Shown here one piece after another: positions 9,624-18,863 of a stretch of DNA of 45,828 nt. Source of the DNA: a virus (lineage: Duplodnaviria > Caudoviricetes); the IMG/VR virus record IMGVR_UViG_3300020045_002299, positions 1 to 45,828 of that record. One strand, 5' to 3'. Positions within the stretch are counted from its first letter, which is position 1. Every line of letters begins with the position of its first letter. Made by a program: the position numbers and the translations under genes. The notes under the pieces are model-generated. The model saw only the letters and a list, made by a program, of their open reading frames with translations. It searched no databases and had not been told where the DNA came from.

Positions 9624-10214
9624 ATGAATATCAGTAATTTAGAAAATAAACAATTTCAAGTCTTAAACCCGGTCGAGATCGATTTGGCCGTGAACAATCT
9701 CCGGGAGCAACTCTCGAAACTTACTTTTATTTCTCACCCGTTCCATATTGCCCAACGTTTTTACAAAAAGGACGAGAAAAATGGAAAGACGTATTATTTT
9801 CCGGAGATCTACATCGCCAGCGGCCAGGACAAAGACGATCGATACATCCGTCTCACGCCCGACAACAAACTCAAAGGATCGTTTTTCTTTGTGGTATCAA
9901 CGGCAAAGGATAACGGAGACGGTTTCCTGATCTATAACATCGGGATCGTGTTTTCCGTAAACCTCGAGTTAATCGATCCGGTCAAATACAAAAATTATCT
10001 TTTCACTCAGGAACTCATCGGCCAGGCGCGTCAGGTTTTAAAGGCCGCAAAGCATGCCGTCGATTTTACGTTCGAGGTAAAGGAGGAGGTCAGGGACACC
10101 CGGGAGGTGTTCAAAGAATACACCATCGACGAGGTCAACGCCAACGTTTTCAACCGCGCACCGATGCAATGTTTTCGCTTTAACATTACGGCGACCATCG
10201 AGATCCCGTGCTAA
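9624..10214 (+). CDS. Putative tail terminator/completion protein
   Basis: Position and size. Confidence 0.5.
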   Translation: MNISNLENKQFQVLNPVEIDLAVNNLREQLSKLTFISHPFHIAQRFYKKDEKNGKTYYFPEIYIASGQDKDDRYIRLTPDNKLKGSFFFVVSTAKDNGDGFLIYNIGIVFSVNLELIDPVKYKNYLFTQELIGQARQVLKAAKHAVDFTFEVKEEVRDTREVFKEYTIDEVNANVFNRAPMQCFRFNITATIEIPC

Positions 10215-10234
10215 TCCATTAAAATCAATTTACC

Positions 10235-10600
10235 ATGTGCAACCAGTACGACATCGAAATCAACAGAGGCGACACTTTCAACGAAAGAGAACTCGAACTC
10301 GTCGAGTATGACGACGAAACCATCCCACACATCGAAACGCCGGTCGATCTGACCGGAGCGAGTATCTTAATGCAGGTTAGGCAGAGTCCGGGATCGACGG
10401 TTTTGCATGAGTTCTCGACCGCAAACGGAAAGATCGAAATCACCAACGCGATCGGCGGACAGTTCCGGATCAAAGAGGAGATTATCAATATCGCCGCCGG
10501 TCTTTACCAGCATGACATCCAAATCACTTTCGGAGACTTAACAGTCCGGACGTATTTCAAAGGCATTTTTAAAGTAAACGACGACATCTCCAGGCCATGA
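10235..10600 (+). CDS. BppU-N-like Ig-fold virion adaptor protein
   Basis: RGDTF...VDLTGA...MQVR...DIQIT...TYFKG.F.V..DISR pattern. Confidence 0.7.
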   Translation: MCNQYDIEINRGDTFNERELELVEYDDETIPHIETPVDLTGASILMQVRQSPGSTVLHEFSTANGKIEITNAIGGQFRIKEEIINIAAGLYQHDIQITFGDLTVRTYFKGIFKVNDDISRP

Positions 10601-12591
10601 GCATAATCCACAAACTAATCATTAACACCGTTGTCAACGAGACCAGCGTTTCGATCACCGAGAACGTCACGAAAGTAATGCTCAAAGACAACAGCGTCCG
10701 AAAGGTTACGATCGTAAAGATCTCAGACAGTAAGGGCATCAAAGGAAATCCCGGACTCAACTCGTTTGAGTTTTGGCTCACGTTGCCAGGAAACGAGGGA
10801 AAGACCATCGACGATTATAACGCCTTTTACAAAGGTGAGCCTGGTGAGGATCTCCACAAAACACTCGAGCAGGTACGCCTCGAGGATAACAGGATCGACG
10901 GAGACATCGACGCAAAAAACCAAAGTACTGTTATAAACATCCGGGACGCTGTCGATGCTCACGAACCGGCCGCACTTCACCAGGTCGAGGAGATGAGGGA
11001 CGAGGCCAAAAGTTACGCCGATACGGTTTCCGCCGATGCCGCCGCCGCCGTTACCCTGGAGCAGACCAGGCAGAACGATAACGAACTCGGAGGAAATATC
11101 GACGCGGCCGGTAATACGATCGACAACCTGCAAAACGCCATCGATCCGCAACAACCGGCAACGCTCGCGCAGATCCAGCAAGTCCTCACCGATGCGAAAA
11201 ATTACACCGATACAAAGACCGTTGACGCTGTCCGTTGGGTTGCTTATTGGGATGCAACAGGCGGCATATATCCGACAGGTTTCCCCGGAGGCCAAAAGCG
11301 CGGCGACGAGTTCGAGGCAAATAATGCGACCGTCGTCCTCATGCCTGACGGACAGGAAGTGCAAAAAGGAGACGTTTTCCGCGCCAGGATAAACGCTCCA
11401 GGTCAAAATCCATTAAACTGGTCGATAAGCGACGGGAACGCGCAACAGGCGACAGAACTAAATCTCGGACTCGTAAAGATCGCACCGCAAACCGAGGCGC
11501 AAAATATCAACTCGACAGATGACAAAACGGCGATTACTCCGTTAAAGCATTGGATCGCGATGGTGTACTTTAAAACTCTCGTCCATGCTTGGGATCTCCG
11601 CCAAATATTCACGACAGGGATCAGACTGCCATCGCTCACAAACGGGCAATATTTGCGCGTGGATGCCAGTAAGGACGTAATCGGACAGACCGGCATCCCT
11701 GCCAGCGATATAACCACGCTCGACGCGACTCATCGCTGGTGGACGGACGCGCTCGCCACGACGCTCTCCGGGAAAGAGAACTCGACCAACAAACAGAACA
11801 GTCTCGCGACAGATGGCACGGGAGCAAAGTTTCCGACGGTCGATGCGACAAACGCCGGTCTCGCGTTAAAACAGGAGGATTTGTGGACATTCCAGCGCAC
11901 AAAAGGGATTTATTTCTTTGAGGACTTTCTCGGAGGAGGCGGAGGCGCGGGTTTCAGTTTTTCCAATACGTTAGGGATTGGATCTCTGACAAGCGGAACA
12001 GGCGCGGGATCGTCTGCCCTGCTCGGGCGTAATAATGGATGGAGGTCGATGTTTACCGGAACAACAGCAACAGGCCAGGGCGGTCTCTCATACGGAGGCG
12101 GCGGAACGTATTACACGGGATCGGGCGCGATGACAGTCGAGTCCCTTATCGAGCCGCTCGCGCTTTCAATATCGACGGACAGGTATTTTTATATAAATGG
12201 ATTTTTGAACGCTACCTCAAATTATGTGAGTCCTGGATCGGGAATTTTCTTTTTATATGACGAGGGTAATGTTTGGGGATTTGGAGCGTCAGGAGGCGGA
12301 TTAAATTGGAAATGCGTCACTCTCAACGGTTCGGGCAGACTCATCACGACGACAGCCGTGCCGGTCGCACTTAATGGTCAGTATAAACTCCGCATCGAGA
12401 TAAACTCAGCAGGCACGAGCGTCGAATTTTACATTAATAATGTTTTAGTCGCCACGCATACGACATTTATCCCGATCGCCGCGACCGGGATCTCATGGCT
12501 TAATATTTTAAACAAATCAGTCGGGACGACCTCGATGTCTTTCGGGATCGACTTTCTCGCTTACCGGCATTTATTCGCCGCAACACGTTAA
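10597..12591 (+). CDS. Fibre/receptor-binding protein with C-terminal lectin-like beta domain
   Basis: Short collagen-like GIKGNPG, duplicated ~57-aa stalk repeat, Gly-rich C-terminal domain with YKLRIE...VEFYINNVLVAT. Confidence 0.7.
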   Translation: MSIIHKLIINTVVNETSVSITENVTKVMLKDNSVRKVTIVKISDSKGIKGNPGLNSFEFWLTLPGNEGKTIDDYNAFYKGEPGEDLHKTLEQVRLEDNRIDGDIDAKNQSTVINIRDAVDAHEPAALHQVEEMRDEAKSYADTVSADAAAAVTLEQTRQNDNELGGNIDAAGNTIDNLQNAIDPQQPATLAQIQQVLTDAKNYTDTKTVDAVRWVAYWDATGGIYPTGFPGGQKRGDEFEANNATVVLMPDGQEVQKGDVFRARINAPGQNPLNWSISDGNAQQATELNLGLVKIAPQTEAQNINSTDDKTAITPLKHWIAMVYFKTLVHAWDLRQIFTTGIRLPSLTNGQYLRVDASKDVIGQTGIPASDITTLDATHRWWTDALATTLSGKENSTNKQNSLATDGTGAKFPTVDATNAGLALKQEDLWTFQRTKGIYFFEDFLGGGGGAGFSFSNTLGIGSLTSGTGAGSSALLGRNNGWRSMFTGTTATGQGGLSYGGGGTYYTGSGAMTVESLIEPLALSISTDRYFYINGFLNATSNYVSPGSGIFFLYDEGNVWGFGASGGGLNWKCVTLNGSGRLITTTAVPVALNGQYKLRIEINSAGTSVEFYINNVLVATHTTFIPIAATGISWLNILNKSVGTTSMSFGIDFLAYRHLFAATR

Positions 12592-12594
12592 ACA

Positions 12595-12861
12595 ATGGAA
12601 AAATATATTATCCTTTTCGGGATCACGCTGTTTTTATATAACCTCGGCTTAAAGCTGGGGTTTTGGTATTTCATGGAGCAACTCTCCGGGCGCATGACGA
12701 TCCGGTTACTCCATCAGCTTTTACAATGTCCCTGGTGCATGATGTTTCATGTGAGTTGGATCTTAACAATAATTTACGGTATATTGTTCGGTTTTGATTA
12801 TTCTCTTTTAACTTTACCGTTTATAAATGCCGGATTACTCACCCTAAAAATGACAAAGTAA
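12595..12861 (+). CDS. Small membrane protein with CPWC motif
   Basis: Two to three hydrophobic segments; QCPWCMMF. Confidence 0.7.
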   Translation: MEKYIILFGITLFLYNLGLKLGFWYFMEQLSGRMTIRLLHQLLQCPWCMMFHVSWILTIIYGILFGFDYSLLTLPFINAGLLTLKMTK

Positions 12862-13352
12862 TGGTTTACCAATTTGGAAAGCACGAAATCGAGATTTACG
12901 ACAGCGTTCAAAATATGCCGATCCTCCGGTTTCAAAAGCTAAATAAATATACCATGATAGACCTGGAGATCGGGAGCGATTTCGCGGATTACGATAAGCG
13001 CACCGAGAAAGCGTTGGCCTTTCTCGCAAAGGGCATGGTCGCCGAGGCATCTCAGGAATTACAGAACCGCCGCCAACTGGTTTACAATGCTTACAATGAG
13101 CAGAGTCCAAAGGGCAAAGCGTTCGCGGTGTTGATCCATCGCATCGATAAGGTCGAGTATAAAAAGTTTGCTCCGGATGACCTGGATCGCATCCTGATCC
13201 ATTTAAACGACATCGGGTTCGATATTTTTACGTCAGTTGAAAAGCTGAGGGAAGTAAAAAAAAACTCGAGACGGAATTGGGCGCATATTTTCCAAAGTAT
13301 TTTCCTAAAAATGCGAACCAGGAGGAGACCGCTCTCAGGCACAAGCGAGTAA
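12861..13352 (+). CDS. Tail assembly chaperone (gpG-like)
   Basis: Upstream of the tape measure gene; contains a slippery A9 run. Confidence 0.75.
   Translation: MVYQFGKHEIEIYDSVQNMPILRFQKLNKYTMIDLEIGSDFADYDKRTEKALAFLAKGMVAEASQELQNRRQLVYNAYNEQSPKGKAFAVLIHRIDKVEYKKFAPDDLDRILIHLNDIGFDIFTSVEKLREVKKNSRRNWAHIFQSIFLKMRTRRRPLSGTSE
13254..13265 (+). other. Programmed -1 ribosomal frameshift site (GTA AAA AAA AAC)
   Basis: X XXY YYZ heptamer; the -1 frame is open through KKLETELGAYFPK... to 13615. Confidence 0.8.
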
Positions 13353-13615
13353 ACACGATCCTCGACTGGATAATCAACGGCGGCGTTACCGATGAGCCTG
13401 CCACATACCAACTCGAGAAAGAGATCCTCGAGAATGACCGGCCGAACAGTTGGAATATTTGGAAAGAGGATAACATGGAGAAAATGCTCGAGGTCGATTT
13501 TCATAAGTTTGCGATAGCCGTAACCCAACACACCGGCCAAAAATTAAAGAACCTCTCAACGTTCTCGTTTTATGCGAGTGTCGCGCTGATCGAGGAGAAA
13601 CACCAACCAAAATAA
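13262..13615 (+). CDS. Frameshifted C-terminal extension of the tail chaperone (gpGT-like)
   Basis: -1 frame ORF with only a weak TTG start, ending 9 nt before the tape measure gene. Confidence 0.75.
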   Translation, partial: KLETELGAYFPKYFPKNANQEETALRHKRVNTILDWIINGGVTDEPATYQLEKEILENDRPNSWNIWKEDNMEKMLEVDFHKFAIAVTQHTGQKLKNLSTFSFYASVALIEEKHQPK

Positions 13616-13624
13616 TATTTTATT

Positions 13625-16600
13625 ATGAGCGATATTGCATTTAAGTACAGCGAGTTTTTTGAGGACGATGGTGGGATGACCAAAGTAAAGACCGATTTTG
13701 TCAAACTCGGGGACGAAATAATCGCCGAGGCAAAGCGTGTAAAAAAGGAGGTAAACGAGTCTTTCTCTTTCGATAATACGGAAGTCCTGGCGCGTCTCGA
13801 GAGCAAAGTCGAGGATCTCGAGAAAACCATGAAAGGATATAAAACCGCAAAAGGAGATCTCGATAAAATCGACAAAGAGCATAATCGGACGCTCGGAGAG
13901 CAGATCGCACTCGACGACCGACTCATTAAGTCAAAAACCAAACTTACCGGAAAGACATCCGAGGAAATCGTCAACCAGCGAGAACTCGCAAAAATGTCGG
14001 ATCTCTATGCTAAAAAACAGAGCAGTCTCCTCCCGATTTACGATAAAGTCGCCGCAAAGCATGCCATCCTCGCCAAAACTTACAAAGAGTTGTTATTGAA
14101 GCAAGAACTCGGGATTAGTTTCACGGCCAGGGAAACCGCTCAACTCGGTTATTTGGAGAAACGTTACGAAAAATACGACTCCGCTCTCCGTAAGGCGGAG
14201 CAGGGAGCAGGCCAATATTTTCGGAGCATCGGGAATTATAAATCGGCTTACGACGGCCTGGGTAATTCGATCAACCAACTCACGCGAGAACTGCCTGCAT
14301 TTACCTACTCGGCGCAAACCGGTATCCTCGCCCTGTCGAATAACATCCCGATCCTGACCGACGAGATCGGCAGGCTCAACAAAGCAAACCAGGAACTCAG
14401 ATCGCAGGGCAAACCGGTCAAATCGGCATTAACGGCCATTTTGGAGGGAGTGTTTTCTTTGCAGACTGCAATGGGTATCGGTATCCTGATCCTGACGCTT
14501 TACGGAAAGGAAATCGCGCAATTTATCGAGGATGCTTTCTCCAACGCAAAAGCACTCCGGGAACAAGCCGAATGGCTAAAACGTACCAACGAATTTTTAA
14601 AGGATCGTAAAAAAGCACTCGAGGAGGGTAGCGAGTTCGAGCGCGAACTCATTAAAAACTTTGAGGCTCAGACAAACCAACTCATCAGGCTCAGGAACGC
14701 GCGAGGCGAAAACGATCAAAAGAACGCGATCGAGGAGAGAAACACCAATCTCCAGCGCGTCAAATTGTACAAAAAGGCAACCGAGACAGAGATCGAATTT
14801 ATCGAGAAACTCGAGGGAGTTCGACAACGTAATTACGTTAAGCAACTCGCCAGGCTCGAACGCCAAAAGAAAAAAGACGAGGAGGTCGCCAGCAGAAACT
14901 CCCGGAGCGTTATGGGCATCGGAAAGACCAACACCGACGGAACGTCTTACGAGGGACTGTCTCCTCGAGACATCCGGGAGCGAGCCGACAAAAGGATCGC
15001 GGAACTAAAACGCGCCGCTTTCAGACAGCAGGAAGTCGCTAAAGAGGAACTCGCTCAAAAGAAAAAAGAGAAAACCGAGTTACTGATCCAGGAGATCAAT
15101 TACACCAAAGAACTCGAGATCTTACAGGAACAGCAGAAAACCGACCGTCTCCGGAATTTACTCGAAATCACCCAGGATCGTAAAGTTACCCAGGCCGAGG
15201 CGCAAAGGTTGCTCCTGGAAAACGAGATCAAAAATAATGAGGAGATCCTTTCGTCTGATAAATACACGGCGGAACAGCGCATCGCGGCTCAGGCTGTTAT
15301 CGTTGACCGTATGCGAAAACTCAACAAACTAAACCGTCAGACCGAACTCCAGGAGTTAAAATACGCTTACGAAAAACAGCACGAGGAGATCAAAAAGAAC
15401 GCGGACGGCACGGTCGTAACACAAAAGTACGTTAACGATTTACTCCTGGAGTTGTACAAAAAATACAATGCCGATCGTCAGATCGTCCAGGAAAATTACA
15501 TCCAGGCCGAGAAAGAGACAGATCTCGCGGCGCGGAAAATATTGCTATTGCAGACGCTCGATTTTCAGATCCAAAAACTCAAAGCCGACCAAAAGTATTA
15601 CTCGACCAGCGCGGCGCAATTTGAGGCGTATTTTAAACAGATCCGAGAAGTCCAGGACAAAATCGATAAGATCACCAACCAAAAGACGATTTTAAACCAG
15701 GCCGACACGATCAACATCAACGACGCGGAACTCGCTCGCCTTACGGAGTTCCAGCAGAGGATAAAAGACAGTTTCGGCGATGTCTTTCCGACGGCTTTGT
15801 CGAAAAAACAACAAAAGCAATACCTCGGAATGGTTAAGGCGTTCGAGAAAGAAACGCTCGACATCGCAGAGGACGCGGACATCCAGCGCAAACTCGCCAG
15901 GCTCAACCAAATCGAGGACGAGAAAAAAACGGCGGAGAGTTCGATCGAGATCCAAAAACTCGAGATCGAAAAACAGGGCATCCTCATTGACTTAAAAAAC
16001 AAAGAGATCAAAAAGTCCCTGGATGGAAATAAAACGATCCTCGACGGATATAAGGATTTTAGCAAAGAGTTGTTTCCGCTATTGGATAAGATCCTCGACC
16101 GGTTGTTGCAAATGAATCAGAAACGGATCGACTCGGAGAAAAATCTGCTCGAGGCGCAAAAAGACTCGGTACAAACCCAGGAGGATCGCGCTCGTCAAGG
16201 TCTCGCCAATACGCTCGCGTTCGAGCAGGCGATGCAGGCCAAACGTGAGGCCGACCTGGTTCGCAGTCAGAAAAAACAGGAGCGTCTCGAGAAAGTTAAG
16301 GCATTATATACCTCATACACCAATTACTCGAACAAAGGCGACAAAAACCCGATACAGAAAGCGTTAAGAGATTTCGCGATCCTGGAGGCGATCTCTGCAT
16401 CGTTCGGAGATGGAGGAGCGGCCGACGACGTGCTTAAAGACAAAATTCCGCACGATGGAAAGGGAATAATCCGAGGACGTTCTCATCGTGGCAGACAGGG
16501 AGGCATCCCGGTACTGATCGAGGGAAAAGAGGGATTTTTCTCAGGCCGCGAGATGGCAAACCTCGGCAAAACCAACTTTTACAAAATGAAAGAGATGGCG

Positions 16601-16861
16601 AGCCTGGGGCGCGTCGATAGCAATTTCTTTACGGCTCAGGGCAGGAACTTCATGCAGGCCGTACCGGTTGCAGTCGGCGGCGGAAACAACCAGGAGATTA
16701 TCGCCGGTCTCGAGGATCTTAAACATGCGATCGAAAATAAACCCGTTAGTAACTGGCGCGTCGATGAGGTCGCCGATGGGATTATGAAAATGACCGAGAC
16801 CATCGAGACGAAAAATAAGACTAAAAGAAATCATTACGTCATCAAAAAAGAGAGATTATAA
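13625..16861 (+). CDS. Tape measure protein
   Basis: 1078 aa, coiled-coil; RSIGNY motif; hydrophobic segment; C-terminal GRSHRG..GGIP..IEGKE. Confidence 0.85.
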   Translation: MSDIAFKYSEFFEDDGGMTKVKTDFVKLGDEIIAEAKRVKKEVNESFSFDNTEVLARLESKVEDLEKTMKGYKTAKGDLDKIDKEHNRTLGEQIALDDRLIKSKTKLTGKTSEEIVNQRELAKMSDLYAKKQSSLLPIYDKVAAKHAILAKTYKELLLKQELGISFTARETAQLGYLEKRYEKYDSALRKAEQGAGQYFRSIGNYKSAYDGLGNSINQLTRELPAFTYSAQTGILALSNNIPILTDEIGRLNKANQELRSQGKPVKSALTAILEGVFSLQTAMGIGILILTLYGKEIAQFIEDAFSNAKALREQAEWLKRTNEFLKDRKKALEEGSEFERELIKNFEAQTNQLIRLRNARGENDQKNAIEERNTNLQRVKLYKKATETEIEFIEKLEGVRQRNYVKQLARLERQKKKDEEVASRNSRSVMGIGKTNTDGTSYEGLSPRDIRERADKRIAELKRAAFRQQEVAKEELAQKKKEKTELLIQEINYTKELEILQEQQKTDRLRNLLEITQDRKVTQAEAQRLLLENEIKNNEEILSSDKYTAEQRIAAQAVIVDRMRKLNKLNRQTELQELKYAYEKQHEEIKKNADGTVVTQKYVNDLLLELYKKYNADRQIVQENYIQAEKETDLAARKILLLQTLDFQIQKLKADQKYYSTSAAQFEAYFKQIREVQDKIDKITNQKTILNQADTININDAELARLTEFQQRIKDSFGDVFPTALSKKQQKQYLGMVKAFEKETLDIAEDADIQRKLARLNQIEDEKKTAESSIEIQKLEIEKQGILIDLKNKEIKKSLDGNKTILDGYKDFSKELFPLLDKILDRLLQMNQKRIDSEKNLLEAQKDSVQTQEDRARQGLANTLAFEQAMQAKREADLVRSQKKQERLEKVKALYTSYTNYSNKGDKNPIQKALRDFAILEAISASFGDGGAADDVLKDKIPHDGKGIIRGRSHRGRQGGIPVLIEGKEGFFSGREMANLGKTNFYKMKEMASLGRVDSNFFTAQGRNFMQAVPVAVGGGNNQEIIAGLEDLKHAIENKPVSNWRVDEVADGIMKMTETIETKNKTKRNHYVIKKERL

Positions 16862-18606
16862 TGGCAGAACTCACTCACATCATGGACGGACAATCTCGAG
16901 GCGTTCCTCGGGATTGGCAGTCTTTAAAGATCTCGGTCGATTGGAAAGACAAAAAGGAATCAGGGGCGATAAACGTCTCTGATTTGTCATTTACCGGAGA
17001 GGCGAACGAGTATATACAGCAATGGATCGCGGACGGGAATATTTTCGAGGGCATCCCGTACCTGATCGCCGTCGGCGACGTAAATAATCCGGCGTTTCAG
17101 TTCAAAGGATACCTCGATCTAACCGATAACCCGATCGTAATCGGAGGCGAGGAGAGTAAATGCTCGCTGAAAAAAGACAAAGGAACGGACTGGCTTAACG
17201 ACACGGCCGACAGTTTCTCGATGGCATACCTTTACTCCATCGGGCGGATCACAAATGCCGACATCGTCCGAGTGCCTTATGTTATAAATTACGTCCCGGA
17301 CGGTATCCAGTTGATTGTAATCGGAATGTCGATTTACATGATGACTCGAGAACTGATCGACGACATCAACCGGACGACAAAATCCATCGCAGACTCGACG
17401 GCCGCATCGACACCGGTTGTCGGAGTCTCTGTCGGAGTTGGAGGCGGAGTCGTTACGGCCTGGAGTATTGGTCTTATCGTTTCGGTTGCTCTTAAAATAA
17501 TCGCGGACATCGTTTTGCGGATCGCCATGTCAATCGCGATGAAAGCGTTAACCGAGGAACTTTTCGAGCAACTGATCCCGAAAAAACGCTATCATTTAGG
17601 TATGACGTTTAATAAAATGATGGAGAGGTCGTGCCAGCACCTCGGACTCGGATACTCGTCGAATCTCATGGCGCAACACGCGAACTGGACTCACATACCG
17701 ACCAAAGACCGAAAAGGCGGAGATAGAGGAGAGTTCGGTTATCCCGACAACAGCAGTCCGATTTATACCTTTGGGGATCTGATCCGGGAGATGAAAAAAA
17801 TGTTTAACGCTGATTACCGTATCGTTAACGGGATCTTTTATTTTGAGGTTCGCGACTCTTTCAAAACTCCGACCATTTACCAAATGCCGCCGGTACTCAA
17901 CAACCAGGATCGTCGTCTCGAGGAGCATACTTACAACACCGACGAAATGATCTCGAATTATAATATTTTATGGGATTATGACGTACAAGATCAGAACACT
18001 CTCGACGATCAGTCGGGCAGGATATTCCAGGCAATCACATCGGCCAGGACAGCGATAAACCCGGAGTACGTTACAATTAAAAACCTGGCTCAAATCGCGA
18101 TCCCTTTTTCGATGGCTAAGGAGAAAACAAAACTTACAGACGTTGAGAAAATCCTCAAAACTCTCGGAAAGCTGGTCGATAATATTACCGGTATTTTTGG
18201 CGGAGGCACGAATTTCGCCGGGCAGATCGAGGACAGGATCGGATCGCTGTTGCTGTCGTCTCATTTTCTTACGACCGGGAAAGTTGTCGTTATGCAGGGA
18301 GGAAAACTCGCCAGCGGCCAAAGAGCATTATTGTCCTCGAGACTCCTTTGGGATAAGTATCATTATAAAAACTCTTTCGCGCCATACAACGGAGAGCATA
18401 ATCAATACAGGCGAATTTTAAACAAGCGCGTCCCGATGTCTCTCGAGGATTTTACACTACTTTTGGAAAATAACGAGGGACTCGACGATGAGGGCAAAGA
18501 AATCGAGATCGAAAAGTTTGAGTATTTTCCGGACGATCAGACCGGAGTTATCGATTACCGGAGAAAGGAACTTTACTCGAGAAACCTTAAAATAACACTT
18601 TTGTAA
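16861..18606 (+). CDS. Tail tip/baseplate protein
   Basis: Follows the tape measure gene; internal hydrophobic segments. Confidence 0.65.
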   Translation: MAELTHIMDGQSRGVPRDWQSLKISVDWKDKKESGAINVSDLSFTGEANEYIQQWIADGNIFEGIPYLIAVGDVNNPAFQFKGYLDLTDNPIVIGGEESKCSLKKDKGTDWLNDTADSFSMAYLYSIGRITNADIVRVPYVINYVPDGIQLIVIGMSIYMMTRELIDDINRTTKSIADSTAASTPVVGVSVGVGGGVVTAWSIGLIVSVALKIIADIVLRIAMSIAMKALTEELFEQLIPKKRYHLGMTFNKMMERSCQHLGLGYSSNLMAQHANWTHIPTKDRKGGDRGEFGYPDNSSPIYTFGDLIREMKKMFNADYRIVNGIFYFEVRDSFKTPTIYQMPPVLNNQDRRLEEHTYNTDEMISNYNILWDYDVQDQNTLDDQSGRIFQAITSARTAINPEYVTIKNLAQIAIPFSMAKEKTKLTDVEKILKTLGKLVDNITGIFGGGTNFAGQIEDRIGSLLLSSHFLTTGKVVVMQGGKLASGQRALLSSRLLWDKYHYKNSFAPYNGEHNQYRRILNKRVPMSLEDFTLLLENNEGLDDEGKEIEIEKFEYFPDDQTGVIDYRRKELYSRNLKITLL

Positions 18607-18863
18607 TGCAGGACAGGTTAAACAAATTATTAGAGACTCAGGCCGAGCAAATGAAGCAACTCGAGAACACCATCAAAGGCATGGATCAGGTTTTCGAGGA
18701 CATGCTCGCACAATCTCCGATCGAGGACAGAGAGGTCGTTCTCGAATTGCAGACAACTTACAAACGCGCCTTACAGTTGGCGAAATCAGGCGACCGTAAC
18801 GGAGCAGAACAATTACTAAAAACTTTTAGAGATGGGCGTAAAAATCACCAGCAGGATATATAA
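18606..18863 (+). CDS. Small helical hypothetical protein
   Basis: Translationally coupled (TAATG). Confidence 0.7.
   Translation: MQDRLNKLLETQAEQMKQLENTIKGMDQVFEDMLAQSPIEDREVVLELQTTYKRALQLAKSGDRNGAEQLLKTFRDGRKNHQQDI

Noticed and set aside
9526-9627. Open frame continuing after the stop of 9085-9528 up to the next ATGA (readthrough or stop reassignment)
   Set aside because: Double stop TAA TAG; all three stop codons end genes normally elsewhere, so there is no sign of an alternative code
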